A stretch of DNA of 64,000 nucleotides from an uncultured Gammaproteobacteria bacterium (GTDB lineage: Bacteria > Pseudomonadota > Gammaproteobacteria > Pseudomonadales > Moraxellaceae), in contig CAWETQ010000008.1 of assembly GCA_963812025.1 (NCBI GenBank), positions 39,214 through 103,213 of the forward strand, read 5' to 3'. Shown here in pieces: positions 1 through 10,957 of this stretch; position 1 is the first letter of the stretch; each line of letters begins with the position of its first letter. Below the pieces are notes generated by a model that was not told where the DNA came from, searched no databases, and saw nothing but the letters and a program-made list of their open reading frames with translations. The translations under genes were made by a program, and so were the position numbers.

Positions 1-120
1 CCAATGACCTATGAAAGCAACGGTAAACAATACGTGGTGATTATGGCAGGTGGTCATGGTTCATTTGGGACCAAGATGGGTGATGCACTGGTGGCTTATG
101 CGTTACCCGATCAAAAATAA
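1..120 (+). CDS. gcd: 3' end of membrane-bound PQQ-dependent glucose/quinate/shikimate dehydrogenase (partial)
   Basis: Frame 1 reads PMTYESNGKQYVVIMAGGHGSFGTKMGDALVAYALPDQK*, the typical C-terminus of Gcd/QuiA; the paralog cannot be resolved from this fragment. Confidence 0.8.
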   Translation, partial: PMTYESNGKQYVVIMAGGHGSFGTKMGDALVAYALPDQK

Positions 121-141
121 TCTGTTGTAAATTGATTGATT

Positions 142-170
142 AAAAAGCCTGATTCGTCAGGCTTTTTTTT
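142..170 (+). terminator. Rho-independent terminator
   Basis: AAAAAGCCTGA-TTCG-TCAGGC followed by a T run. Confidence 0.85.
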
Positions 171-461
171 ATCGCGTAAAAAAATCATTTTTAACGATCG
201 AATTCGTTTATTTGAAATAGAGATCAGTTTTTTCTTTAGATTTGCATATTTAGGCTGTATATGAAAAATAGTGATAAACAAGTGAAAATAACATCAAATC
301 TGATAAATACAGCAGGATTCTGCTGTATTCCGCTATATCAGTGAACTCTTGATATCCTTATCAATAAAACCGCTATTAAATATGTAAAAAACACATTTCG
401 TTGATAGGTCAAACCTCGTTATGCTGTGCATCGTTATAATAGAAACTACTAGCTGTACGCC

Positions 462-2105
462 ATGTATTTATATACTGATTTTGATCAGCAACTGGTCAAT
501 GAACGTGTTGCACAATTCCGTGACCAAACGGAACGTTATTTAGCGGGTAAATTGACGGAAGATGAATACCGTCCGCTACGTCTACAAAATGGTTTATACG
601 TTCAACGCTATGCGCCAATGTTACGTATTGCTGTGCCTTATGGGTTAATGAACTCAAACCAACTGCGTAAAATTGCAGATTTGGCCAAAGAGTATGATCG
701 TGGTTATGCCCATGTATCAACACGTCAAAATATTCAATTTAACTGGCCTGCACTCGAAAATGTGCCTGACATGTTGGCAGAACTTGCAACGGTTCAAATG
801 CATGCCATTCAAACTTCGGGTAACTGTATTCGTAATACCACCACTGACCAATATGCAGGCGTGGTTGAAGGTGAAATTGCTGACCCACGTCCAACTTGTG
901 AATTGATTCGTCAATGGTCAACATTCCATCCAGAATTTGCGTTCTTACCACGTAAATTTAAAATTGCCGTATCTGCATTGGCGGAAACAGACCGTGCCGC
1001 AGTTTCATTCCATGATATTGGTGTATATATCGTGAAAAATGAAGCAGGCGAGGTTGGTTATAAAATTAAAGTCGGTGGCGGTTTAGGTCGTACACCGGTC
1101 ATTGGTAGCTTTATTCGTGACTTCTTACCACGTGAAGATTTAATTGCGTATTTAGAAGCCGTTTTACGTGTCTATAACTTGCATGGTCGCCGTGACAACA
1201 AATATAAAGCACGTATTAAAATTTTGGTAAAAGCTTTAACGCCTGCGGTATTTGCGGAAAAAGTTGAAGCTGAATTTGCCCATACTATTCAGACTTTAAA
1301 AATTCAGCCTGAAATTTTGACAAAATTAGACCAAGAATTTACCCCGTTTGATTATCAAGATTATGCAGATCAAGACTTTACTGAATTGTTTGCAGCGCAT
1401 CCGAAATTCAAACAATGGTTTAATATCAACACCAATGCACATAAAGTAAAAGGTTATCGTATCGTTACGATTTCACTGAAACGTACCGGTATTGCACCGG
1501 GTGATATGAGCACTGAAGAAATGAACTTGATCGCAGATCTTGCAGATCAATTTACTTTCGGTGAACTTCGTACCACGCATGAACAAAATATTTCACTGGT
1601 TGATGTGCCGCAAAAAGATTTATTTGCAGTATGGCAAACGCTTGAAGCAAATAACTTGGCACGTGCGCATATTGGTTTTATCACCGATATTATTTGCTGT
1701 CCGGGCGGGGATTTTTGTTCATTGGCAAATGCGAAATCTATTCCAATTTCAGAAGCGATTTCACGCCGTTTTGATGATCTAGATACGATTTATAACTTGG
1801 GTAAATTGGATCTCAATATTTCTGGTTGTATGAATGCTTGCGGTCATCACCATGTGGGTAATATTGGTATTTTAGGGGTCGACAAAAAAGGCGCTGAATT
1901 CTACCAAATTACCTTAGGTGGTAACGCGGATCATGATGCTTCAATTGGTGACATCTTAGGGCCATCATTTGCAGCAGACCGTGTGCCTGACGTGGTTGAA
2001 GAAATTTTAAATACCTATCTTGATCTTCGTACTGAAGGTGAAGAGTTTGTAGAAACTTATCGCCGTGTTGGCATTCAACCCTTTAAGGAGCGTGCATATG
2101 CTTAA
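462..2105 (+). CDS. cysI: Nitrite/sulfite reductase hemoprotein subunit
   Basis: LRLQNGLY, TRQNIQ, LPRKFKIA, and the siroheme/4Fe-4S motifs CPGGDFC and SGCMNAC. Confidence 0.92.
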   Translation: MYLYTDFDQQLVNERVAQFRDQTERYLAGKLTEDEYRPLRLQNGLYVQRYAPMLRIAVPYGLMNSNQLRKIADLAKEYDRGYAHVSTRQNIQFNWPALENVPDMLAELATVQMHAIQTSGNCIRNTTTDQYAGVVEGEIADPRPTCELIRQWSTFHPEFAFLPRKFKIAVSALAETDRAAVSFHDIGVYIVKNEAGEVGYKIKVGGGLGRTPVIGSFIRDFLPREDLIAYLEAVLRVYNLHGRRDNKYKARIKILVKALTPAVFAEKVEAEFAHTIQTLKIQPEILTKLDQEFTPFDYQDYADQDFTELFAAHPKFKQWFNINTNAHKVKGYRIVTISLKRTGIAPGDMSTEEMNLIADLADQFTFGELRTTHEQNISLVDVPQKDLFAVWQTLEANNLARAHIGFITDIICCPGGDFCSLANAKSIPISEAISRRFDDLDTIYNLGKLDLNISGCMNACGHHHVGNIGILGVDKKGAEFYQITLGGNADHDASIGDILGPSFAADRVPDVVEEILNTYLDLRTEGEEFVETYRRVGIQPFKERAYA

Positions 2106-2583
2106 TACCGCACTTCAAGTGCTCTCTAAAGATGGCACGATTGCAGACAATACTTATCAAGTGATTGGCGAAGATGGCGTATTGCCACAAGGTGATGTGG
2201 TTTTAACCGTTGAGCAGTTAGCGCAAATCGCAAATGTATCTGGCAAAAAAGCGCTATACATTACTGTGGATGCTTCTCCTGAAGTGAACGAATTTCCACT
2301 GGATCAACTCGATGCAATCTTTATTGAGTTTGCAGGCTTTAACGATGGTCGTGGTTATTCATTTGCTGCATTGCTACGTCGCCAAGGTTATCAAGGCGAA
2401 CTTCGTGCGACAGGTGATATTTTTAAAGATGTGTTGAACTATTTGAAGCGTTCGGGTTTCGATACTTTCGTGGTGAAAGAAGGTAAAGATATTCATGAAG
2501 CGGCAGCAGGTTTACATGATTTTAAACATCCGTACCAAGCATCAACCGCCGTTGCACAAGCAAGTTATCAAACTGGTGCTTAA
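2098..2583 (+). CDS. DUF934 protein (sulfite reductase partner)
   Basis: DGRGYSFAALLR..GYQGELRATGD motif; ATG at 2098 overlaps the cysI end, AAGGAG RBS. Confidence 0.88.
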   Translation: MLNTALQVLSKDGTIADNTYQVIGEDGVLPQGDVVLTVEQLAQIANVSGKKALYITVDASPEVNEFPLDQLDAIFIEFAGFNDGRGYSFAALLRRQGYQGELRATGDIFKDVLNYLKRSGFDTFVVKEGKDIHEAAAGLHDFKHPYQASTAVAQASYQTGA

Positions 2584-2603
2584 TTTCAATTAAGTCACTC
2601 AAT

Positions 2604-2632
2604 AAAAAAGCCGGCTGAATGTCGGCTTTTTT
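2604..2632. terminator. Bidirectional terminator
   Basis: A6-GCCGGC-loop-GTCGGC-T6 between convergent genes. Confidence 0.85.
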
Positions 2633-2648
2633 GTGGTTAAAGAAAATC

Positions 2649-3098
2649 TTACATCTCTTCTAATTGGCAATTGACCATCCATTTCACCCCAAATTGATCG
2701 GTAAAAGCACCATACAACGCACCCCAAAATGTCTTTTCTAAAGGCATTTCAATTTGACCATTTATGGATAAAGCATCAAATAAGCGTTTTGCTTCGGCTT
2801 GCTCACTGGCATCTAAATTAATTGAAATATAGTGATTATTGCCTTTGGTGAAAACAGTTCTGGTTTGTGCGCAAAATTGATCATTGGTATCGGATGCCAT
2901 CAATTCGGTAAATTCATTGATCGGTAGGGATACATGCAGAATAAGATTTTTATCGGCTTCTGATAAGGTGACGCCTTCTTCAGCAGGTAATTCACCATAA
3001 CGGGTAAGATTCGAAAACTCACCACCAAAAACAGATTTATAAAAGTTGAATGCGGCTTCGGCTTCACCCTGAAAATTAAGGTAATGATTGAGTTGCAT
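2649..3098 (-). CDS. VOC/PhnB family protein (glyoxalase-like)
   Basis: MQLNHYLNFQG..AFNFYKSVFGG..MPLEKTFWG..DQFGVKWMV. Confidence 0.88.
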   Translation of the reverse strand: MQLNHYLNFQGEAEAAFNFYKSVFGGEFSNLTRYGELPAEEGVTLSEADKNLILHVSLPINEFTELMASDTNDQFCAQTRTVFTKGNNHYISINLDASEQAEAKRLFDALSINGQIEMPLEKTFWGALYGAFTDQFGVKWMVNCQLEEM

Positions 3099-3206
3099 CT
3101 CGATGTGTCCATATTGTTGTTTTGAAAGATACAACTTATCAGCTCATATCTTAAATATTAATGAATAAATTGTAATCAAAAAAAATCCCTCAATAATGAG
3201 GGATAA

Positions 3207-3249
3207 AACTCTCTCTCCCTAGGGGGAAAGAGTTAGATATAGGAGGGGA
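3207..3249. repeat. REP-like palindrome (CTCTCTCCC..GGGGAAAGAG type)
   Basis: AACTCTCTCTCCC-TA-GGGGGAAAGAGTT hairpin plus GGAGGGGA tail at the thiolase 3' end; a similar C/G-run palindrome lies at 13491-13517. Confidence 0.4.
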
Positions 3250-4425
3250 TTATAATAACTCGATCGCTACAGCAGTTGCTTCACCACCACCAATACATAA
3301 AGCAGCAATACCTTTTTTACCGCCAGTACGTTTTAATGCATGGATTAAAGTCAAAATAATACGTGAACCTGTAGAACCGACAGGATGACCGAGTGCGCAA
3401 GCACCGCCATTAATATTCACTTTTTCAGCATCTAATTTAAAATCATCAATCGGGCACATGGTGACCATAGCGAAAGCTTCGTTAATTTCCCACAGATCGA
3501 CATCAGAAGCCGTCCAGCCTGCCTTATCCAAAGCTTTTTGAATGGCACCCACTGGTGCAATAGTAAATTCTGAAGGGTGCTGAGAATTTGATGCATAAGC
3601 CACAATTTTCGCAAGCGGGTTTAAACCTTTTGCTGCTGCATTTTCTGCTGAAGTTAATACTAATGCCGAAGCACCATCAGAAATTGAACTGGCATTTGCA
3701 GCGGTAATCGTACCGTCTTTGGCAAAGGCAGGGCGTAGCGTTGGAATTTTATCAATATTGGCATTAAATGGTTGTTCATCTTTATCAATGACAACATCGC
3801 CTTTACGCGATGAAACGGTTACAGGTACGATTTCATCTACAAAATAGCCTTCGGTAATCGCCGTTTGTGCACGTTTAAGTGAACGAATAGCGAAATCATC
3901 CATTTGTTGACGCGTATAGCCACGAGTATTCGCCATATCTTGAGCAAAAGAACCCATTAAACGACCTGTTTCAGCATCTTCTAAGCCATCAAGGAACATA
4001 TGATCTTTGATTTCACCATGACCCATACGATAACCACCACGTGCTTTTGGCAGCACATAAGGTGCATTGGTCATCGATTCCATGCCGCCCGCAACCACAA
4101 TTGCAGCCGAACCAGCTTTAATCATATCTGCTGCCTGCATCACCGCTTTCATGCCAGAACCACACAGTTTATTGATCGTTACCGCACCTGTTGAGTCAGG
4201 AAGACCGGCTTGGCGCATGGCTTGACGTGCAGGCCCTTGTTTTAATCCAGCAGGAAGTACACAACCCATTATGACTTCTTCGACATCGGCTGGTTGTAAT
4301 CCTGAACGAGCAATCGCTGCTTTAATGGATGCTGCGCCCAGTTCGGGTGCTGTTACAGCAGCTAAACTTCCTTGAAAACCGCCCATTGCTGTACGTGCAC
4401 CATTTACAATTACGATGTCTGTCAT
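3250..4425 (-). CDS. Acetyl-CoA C-acyltransferase (thiolase)
   Basis: NKLCGSG, NEAFA, GHPVG and CIGGG catalytic motifs. Confidence 0.93.
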   Translation of the reverse strand: MTDIVIVNGARTAMGGFQGSLAAVTAPELGAASIKAAIARSGLQPADVEEVIMGCVLPAGLKQGPARQAMRQAGLPDSTGAVTINKLCGSGMKAVMQAADMIKAGSAAIVVAGGMESMTNAPYVLPKARGGYRMGHGEIKDHMFLDGLEDAETGRLMGSFAQDMANTRGYTRQQMDDFAIRSLKRAQTAITEGYFVDEIVPVTVSSRKGDVVIDKDEQPFNANIDKIPTLRPAFAKDGTITAANASSISDGASALVLTSAENAAAKGLNPLAKIVAYASNSQHPSEFTIAPVGAIQKALDKAGWTASDVDLWEINEAFAMVTMCPIDDFKLDAEKVNINGGACALGHPVGSTGSRIILTLIHALKRTGGKKGIAALCIGGGEATAVAIELL

Positions 4426-4537
4426 TTTTGACTCCGATATTTACTTTTAAGTAGATTATTTTTCAAACTTAAGCAGTATATTGAAAAAAACAGAGGAATA
4501 AAGTCTGATTGTTCTCTAGTTGTAGACTCATGGGTTC

Positions 4538-5060
4538 TTAGCACGTTAAGAGCTTTTCAATACGGACATTTCCCATATCACTGAGTATGATTTTACGCGA
4601 GGGTTGTTGATCGCTTGAGCAATAATAAAAACTACCATTTGAACCAATAGGAAGACCATTTGCTGCTTGAAAAGTTAAACTTGGAATGCTTAAAGTTCCT
4701 CTCCAATCCAAATTGCCATATTTCAAATCGGTTGATTCGGTCAGGATAATCTGTTCATTGGCATCCACTTGTCGGTTTTTATTAGGATCGAGAAAAACAA
4801 TAAAACCTGAGTTCCAATGGCTGACTTGGCAAGTTAACTTATTTTGGCTGGGGCAAATGACGACATTGCTATGTTGAAGGGTTGCCCGTGATTTTGCCAA
4901 CTGAATACTTGAAATCAGTTTGATTTGTGGTTTTGATCGTTTCTTGTTTGGCCATTATTTCATGAAAATAGGGTAGGGCGAGGGTCGTGAGAATCGCTAA
5001 AATAGCGAGCGTAATGATCAGCTCAATGAGCGTAAAACCATTTTTTTGTTTAAAAAACAT
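4538..5060 (-). CDS. fimT: GspH/FimT family minor pseudopilin (one +1 frameshift near 4919 as sequenced)
   Basis: Prepilin motif GFTLIELIITLAILAIL; removing one A joins it to ..LISSIQLAKSRA..SNGSFYYC..GNVR. Confidence 0.75.
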
Positions 5061-5429
5061 CGAATTAACCTTATGGTGTATTTTTTTAGTTGTTTATGTT
5101 ATTAATGTTTTGTTTTTAATCATTTTTTCTGTAAGTGATATTTATTACTCAACTTTTCAGAAAGCTGTTAAAATAATTTGCAAGTGACCATAAGCTATTC
5201 GCAACAGAAAATTGAGTAAAAAGTTACCGAATTACAACGGAAATTGTAAGTAATTTTGTCAATAATTTACTTGATTAAATTTATCAAGCACTTGGAAAAA
5301 AAATAAAGTGTTTGTATGATTCATAGTGAATAGCTTAAAAATAAAACTGGGTATTAGAAAACCTATTTCAGGATAGCCAAATTTTAGGCTTGAGCTTGAA
5401 CAACAATTGTTATCTCTGGAGGATAATCC

Positions 5430-6468
5430 ATGAAAATGAGTCGTATCGCACTAGCTATGCTAGTTGCTGCACCTTTAGCTGCTGCTAATGCTGGCGTAAC
5501 TATTACCCCATTAATGGTTGGTTATACTTTCCAAGACACTCAACACAACAACAGGTGAAGATCATTTAACAGATGGTCCTGAACTTCAAGACGATTTATT
5601 CGTTGGTGCTGCGATTGGTGTTGAATTAACTCCATGGTTAGGCTTTGAAGCTGAATATAACCAAGTTAAAGGTGATGTAGAGGGTGCTGTACCTACAGGT
5701 GCAGAGTACAAACAAACTCAAATCAATGGTAATTTCTACGCGACTTCTGACTTGATCACTAAAAACTACGACAGCAAAATCAAGCCTTACGTATTATTAG
5801 GTGCTGGTCACTATAAATATCAAGCTCAAGGCAGTACTGCTGGTCTTGTAGACGATGAAGAAGGTACTTTAGGTAATGCAGGTCTTGGTGCTTTCTGGCG
5901 CTTAAACGATGCTTTGTCTTTACGTACAGAAGCTCGTGCTACTTATAACATCGATGAAGATTTCTGGAACTACACAGCTTTAGCTGGTTTAAATGTTGTT
6001 CTTGGTGGTCACTTGAAACCAGCTGCGCCTGTAGTTGAAGTTGTTGTTGTTGAACCTGTTGTTCCAGTTCAACCACCTGTTCAAGAGTTGACTGAAGACC
6101 TTAACATGGAACTTCGTGTGTTCTTTGATACAAACAAATCAAACATCAAAGATCAATACAAACCAGAAATTGCTAAAGTTGCTGAAAAGTTAGTTGAATA
6201 TCCAAACGCTACTGCTCGCATCGAAGGCCACACAGATAACACTGGTCCACGTGCATTAAACGAACGTTTATCTTTGGCTCGTGCTAACTCTGTTAAATCT
6301 TCACTTGTAAATGAATACAATGTAGATCCAGCTCGTTTGTCTACTCAAGGTTTTGCTTGGGATCAACCGATTGCTGACAACAAAACTAAAGAAGGTCGTG
6401 CTATGAACCGTCGTGTATTCGCGACTATTTCTGGCAGCCGTACTGTAGTTGCTCAACCAGCTCAATAA
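5430..6468 (+). CDS. ompA: Outer membrane protein A (one +1 frameshift near 5553 as sequenced)
   Basis: ATG 5430 after GGAGG gives signal peptide [22 protein letters not shown]; continues in ORF 5518-6468 with beta-barrel and OmpA_C motifs ([18 protein letters not shown]). Confidence 0.93.
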
Positions 6469-6487
6469 TTTATTATTGAACTGAGCT

Positions 6488-6517
6488 AAAAAAAGCAGCC
6501 GTAAGGCTGCTTTTTTT
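6488..6517 (+). terminator. ompA terminator
   Basis: GCAGCC-GTAA-GGCTGC-T7. Confidence 0.9.
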
Positions 6518-6804
6518 ATGCAGAAAAATTTATTTTTTATAATCATTAAAAGTTGTCGTTGTTAGATGCTGAATTCAATTTTTTAGATTTTTACCTCATG
6601 TGATTTTCAGTTCTATAGTTTGAAGCCAGTCTTTGTGATTCAAGACATTTAGCCTAAATAAGAGTGATCAAAGTTTTACTCAATCTGAACAAGAACAACC
6701 ATATGCTAAATCGCTTTATTGGGGATGAATGTCGCTTATTGAGAAGTTAGCGATAGCTATATTAAAAGTTAATGTCGATTCGATATCTATTATTTTTGCA
6801 CAAT

Positions 6805-6829
6805 AAAAAACAGCCCGAAGGCTGCTTTT
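6805..6829 (-). terminator. lysP terminator
   Basis: A6-CAGCC-CGAA-GGCTG. Confidence 0.8.
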
Positions 6830-6843
6830 ATTGAACGAGAAGC

Positions 6844-8316
6844 TTAATCATCTTCTACATTTACGGGTTGAACATCCATGTCTTTATATGGAATCAGTTT
6901 GGTTTTATATTTCCACTTATAACCTAACCAAATAACAAGAAACAGTGGAATACTAATGTAAGTCGAAGCTAAGCCTAACCAATCCACTTTTCCACCAATC
7001 AGTGCTTCATAGTTTTGACCTAGAATAATGATCGAGCAGAGGATAAAGGCAAACCACGGTGCAAAAGGGAAGAACTTTGCTGTATAGGCTAAATCTTCCA
7101 GTTTATAACCTTGTGCTAAATAGCCTTTACGGAAACGATAGTGTGAAATCGCAATGCCTAACCAGACGATAAAGCCACACATTCCTGACATATTCAGCAA
7201 CCAATTGAACACCTGTTGCTCACCAATAAATGTGGTTAAGAAGCAGAGTGCTGCAACTGCAGTCGTTGCATAAAGTGCATTCATCGGTACGCCGCGAGTA
7301 TCCAGTTTTGCAAACCATTTCGGTGCGCGACCTTCACGTGCCATGTCAAATAGCATACGTGTAGATGAATACATCCCCGAGTTACCCGCAGATAAAATGG
7401 CCGTTAAGATCACCGCATTCATTAAACTTGCAGCAAAAGCAAATCCTGCTTTTTCATACAATAATGTAAATGGTGAAAGGGCAATATTTTCACCTGCAGC
7501 CGCTTGTAAAAGACTCGGATCATCATAAGCGACGAGTGTGCCAATAATGAAAATACACACCACATAAAATAATAAGATACGCCAGAAAATTTGCTTAATG
7601 GCAACAGGAATGGTTTTTTTAGGATCTTTCGATTCTCCTGCGGCAACACCCACCATCTCCGTTCCTTGGAAGGAGAATCCTGCAATCATGGCCACACCAA
7701 TCATGGCTTGTAGTCCACCGACAAAAGGTGCATCACCTTTGGTCCAGTTGGAGAAAGTGACCATATTCGGTGTCAGGATGATTTTTGCAATCATGGCAAT
7801 GCCAATAATAATAAAGACAATAATCGCAATGACTTTGACCAGTGAGAATAAAAACTCACTTTCACCAAAACCTTTCACGGACAGTGAATTAATGGCAAAA
7901 ATAATGGCAAGGAAAATGGCACTCCAGTAGAAACCGGGAATATCAGGAAACCAGAATTTCATAATGAACTGAACCGCAACCAGTTCAAAAGCAACCGTAA
8001 TTGCCCAGTTGTACCAATAGTTCCAACCTAAGGCGAAACCAAAACCGCCTTCTACATATTTAGTACCATAGGTAAAAAATGCACCTGAAGTGGGGTTGTG
8101 CGTGGCAAGTTCGCCCAAACTTGTCATTAAGAAATAAATCATTAAACCAATAAGCGCATAAGCGAGTAATGCACCACCGGGACCTGCATTGGCAATGGTT
8201 GCACCAGAAGCGAGGAATAAACCTGTGCCGATGGAGCCACCAATCGCAATCATATTCAGATGGCGAGCACCAAGCTTCCGCTGTAGGTGCATCGGTTGAT
8301 CAGTTGCACTCATCAT
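6844..8316 (-). CDS. lysP: Amino acid permease, lysine-specific type (APC family)
   Basis: [29 protein letters not shown] and GFSFQGTE motifs; about 12 TM segments. Confidence 0.85.
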   Translation of the reverse strand: MMSATDQPMHLQRKLGARHLNMIAIGGSIGTGLFLASGATIANAGPGGALLAYALIGLMIYFLMTSLGELATHNPTSGAFFTYGTKYVEGGFGFALGWNYWYNWAITVAFELVAVQFIMKFWFPDIPGFYWSAIFLAIIFAINSLSVKGFGESEFLFSLVKVIAIIVFIIIGIAMIAKIILTPNMVTFSNWTKGDAPFVGGLQAMIGVAMIAGFSFQGTEMVGVAAGESKDPKKTIPVAIKQIFWRILLFYVVCIFIIGTLVAYDDPSLLQAAAGENIALSPFTLLYEKAGFAFAASLMNAVILTAILSAGNSGMYSSTRMLFDMAREGRAPKWFAKLDTRGVPMNALYATTAVAALCFLTTFIGEQQVFNWLLNMSGMCGFIVWLGIAISHYRFRKGYLAQGYKLEDLAYTAKFFPFAPWFAFILCSIIILGQNYEALIGGKVDWLGLASTYISIPLFLVIWLGYKWKYKTKLIPYKDMDVQPVNVEDD

Positions 8317-9347
8317 TGTTCCTTAGATTTTTTTTGAGTGTTGGCGAACAGCACTTTAAAGCCTTGTTGATCTGCTTTAGTTGTACATTGACCAAAATTT
8401 TGCTCAATTAATAATGGGTAATTTAGAAAGCGGTTGGCGACAATCCATAATTCACCGCCCGATTTTAAATGACGTCGTGCAGTTTTGCATAAACTTTCAC
8501 TGGCGTTGTAATCAGTGTGGATACCCTGATGGAATGGGGGATTACTGACAATGGCATGTAAGAATAGCGGTGCATCTTCAATACCGGTCACTGCTTTAAT
8601 TTCAAGTTGTTCTGGCGAAAGATTGTTTTTTTCAAAGGTCATGCGGGTAGACGCCAAAGCAAAAGCATCAACATCCATCGCAAAAATTCGATTTTTAGGA
8701 TTAAGTTTGGCTAAATAAGCACTGATGACACCTGAACCACAACCAAAGTCGGCAATTTTGCCCGCAGTGACTTGTGATAAATAAGGCAAGAGCACCGCAG
8801 TACCAATATCTAAACGATTTTGGCTAAAGACACCCGGTAAGGCACAAATATTCAAGTCACCATTGGGTGTGGTCACAGTATATTGTTGTGCCCAGTCTTC
8901 CAGTTTTTTCGCTGTCACGGTTTTTTCAACCGTCATTTGCCACATTTGACAGTGACGTGCGCTATCTAATTTACAGGCTTTACCGAAAGGCAGTAATTGT
9001 TTGGAGGCACGTTCAACACCGGCTTTTTTTTCTCCGACAAGGAAAATTGAAGCACCGACGTTTAAGCGGCTGACCACATTATGCAGGATGTAATTGAGTA
9101 ATTCTTTTGACTTAGGGACAAAAATAATGGCTTGATCAAAACTGTCTTCAGGAAGGTCAATACCAAAATGTACATTGGCTTGTTGGGTCTGAAAATATTG
9201 TAATTCATTATAATCCCATGTCCAGAAACATGGGGTGATGTCTTTTTCTAAATTGGAAAGTAAGTCATCTGTAGGTGCATTAATGAGCAGTACACGTCCA
9301 GAGAGATATTCGTGCTGTCGAATGACAACTTCACTTCTAGGATCCAT
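8313..9347 (-). CDS. rsmC: 16S rRNA (guanine1207-N2)-methyltransferase
   Basis: PGVFS..LDIGT, DFGCGSG and SNPPFH motifs. Confidence 0.88.
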   Translation of the reverse strand: MDPRSEVVIRQHEYLSGRVLLINAPTDDLLSNLEKDITPCFWTWDYNELQYFQTQQANVHFGIDLPEDSFDQAIIFVPKSKELLNYILHNVVSRLNVGASIFLVGEKKAGVERASKQLLPFGKACKLDSARHCQMWQMTVEKTVTAKKLEDWAQQYTVTTPNGDLNICALPGVFSQNRLDIGTAVLLPYLSQVTAGKIADFGCGSGVISAYLAKLNPKNRIFAMDVDAFALASTRMTFEKNNLSPEQLEIKAVTGIEDAPLFLHAIVSNPPFHQGIHTDYNASESLCKTARRHLKSGGELWIVANRFLNYPLLIEQNFGQCTTKADQQGFKVLFANTQKKSKEQ

Positions 9348-9365
9348 TTTTTTATCTCGCCACTG

Positions 9366-9398
9366 AAAAACCCTGCCCAGACAATACTGGGCAGGGTT
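9366..9398 (-). terminator. Terminator hairpin after the NCS2 permease
   Basis: A5-CCCTGCCCAG-loop-CTGGGCAGGG. Confidence 0.75.
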
Positions 9399-9413
9399 GA
9401 TGCTGAAATGAAA

Positions 9414-10784
9414 TTATTTCTTCGATTCAGGAAGAATAATGTTTAATAACAATGCTGCAATACCGCCTGTCGCAACACCAGAACTGAAAATGTTACGGAA
9501 TAATTCAGGCAGATGTTCAAGAATTTGAGGTACTTGCGCAACACCTAAACCAAGTCCTAGGGAAATGGCAATAATTAGTAAGGCACGACGGTCAAGATGA
9601 ATGCCAGACAGAATGTTAATGCCTGAAGCTGCAACAGCACCGAACATCACCATGACTGCACCACCCAGTACCGCTTGAGGTACGGCCTGAATCACGCCTG
9701 CAACAGCAGGAAATAAACCCAGAATAACCAGTAATATTGCAATCCAGATCCCAACATAACGGCTAGCCACACCTGTGAGTTGAATCACACCGTTATTTTG
9801 TGCAAAGACAGAACTTGGGAAGGTGTTAAAAATACCGGCAAGAAAAGAATTTGCACCGTTAACCAGTACGCCACCTTTAATACGTTCCATCCATACTGGG
9901 CCGTCTACAGGTTGATTGGATATTTTTGAAGTTGCGGTGACATCACCAATGGCTTCTAAAGATGTGACTAAATAGATGAATGCCATTGGAATAAATAAGC
10001 TCCAAGAGAAACTTAAACCAAAATGCATAGGTGTTGGAATTTGAATAAGGGGCGTGTCTTCTAAACCTGAAAAATTAAGATGTCCCATAAAACCGGCAAC
10101 AATATAACCAATCACTAAAGCAATTAAAATAGCCGAGCTTTTGACCCAGACGATACGAATACGATTCAAAATAATAATGATCGCCAGTACCGTACATGAC
10201 ATGATGAGGTTGTCGGCATTGGCAAAGGTTTTATCGCCCATGGCTTGATAACCACCACCCATACTGATGAGACCTTCTTTAATTAAGGTCAAACCAATCA
10301 ACAGCACCACAATACCCGTTACCAATGGGGTAATGAGTTTTTTCACCCAAGGAAGAATGCAAGATACGCCCATTTCAATAAATGAACCGGCAATCACCAC
10401 ACCAAAAATTGAGGCCATGACTGCTTCAACAGGTGTACCTGCTGCAACCATTGCAGAACCAATACCAATAATAGGGCCAATAAAGTTAAAACTTGTGCCT
10501 TGAACAATCAGTAAGCCTGCACCAAAAGGCCCCACTTTTTTACATTGTAAAAAAGTTGCAATTCCTGAGATCACCAAAGACATGGAAAGAATCATGTTGG
10601 TGTCTTGTTTAGAGACACCTAAAGCCAAGCAGATGAGTAAGCCGGGTGTAACAATTGGAACAATAATGGCAAGTAAATGTTGCAGCGCAGCGAGAAAAGC
10701 GATGAATGGTTTTGGACGATCGTTCAATCCATAGACCAAATCAAGACGATCTTGTTGCTCGGGAGAGTTTGTTAAATCAGACAT
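9414..10784 (-). CDS. Xanthine/uracil permease (NCS2, XanP-like)
   Basis: QH motif in TM1; NAT signature FAQNNGVIQLTGVASR. Confidence 0.88.
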   Translation of the reverse strand: MSDLTNSPEQQDRLDLVYGLNDRPKPFIAFLAALQHLLAIIVPIVTPGLLICLALGVSKQDTNMILSMSLVISGIATFLQCKKVGPFGAGLLIVQGTSFNFIGPIIGIGSAMVAAGTPVEAVMASIFGVVIAGSFIEMGVSCILPWVKKLITPLVTGIVVLLIGLTLIKEGLISMGGGYQAMGDKTFANADNLIMSCTVLAIIIILNRIRIVWVKSSAILIALVIGYIVAGFMGHLNFSGLEDTPLIQIPTPMHFGLSFSWSLFIPMAFIYLVTSLEAIGDVTATSKISNQPVDGPVWMERIKGGVLVNGANSFLAGIFNTFPSSVFAQNNGVIQLTGVASRYVGIWIAILLVILGLFPAVAGVIQAVPQAVLGGAVMVMFGAVAASGINILSGIHLDRRALLIIAISLGLGLGVAQVPQILEHLPELFRNIFSSGVATGGIAALLLNIILPESKK

Positions 10785-10957
10785 TTGAGAACGGTACAGC
10801 AGCAATTTAAGGCTATTCTAATCGAGTTACAGGACTTTACAAACCAAAAAAAGACCGATTTTTCAAAAAAACTTGTAACTGTCAATGAACTGTCACTACT
10901 AAAAGTGAGTATTTTTCTGTATAATTTGCCCTCAAATTTAAAGCGTATCGAATTTAC

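Noticed and set aside
142-170. Similar hairpins at 142-170 and 59640-59671 (AAAAAGCCTGA..TCAGGCTTTTT) as mobile-element ends
   Set aside because: Both sit right after stop codons and fit a common terminator shape; no transposase or target duplication.
6546-6790. Possible gene remnant (KTFSLNKSDQSFTQSEQEQPYAKSLYWG) between the ompA and lysP terminators
   Set aside because: Too short, no start signal and no recognisable family.
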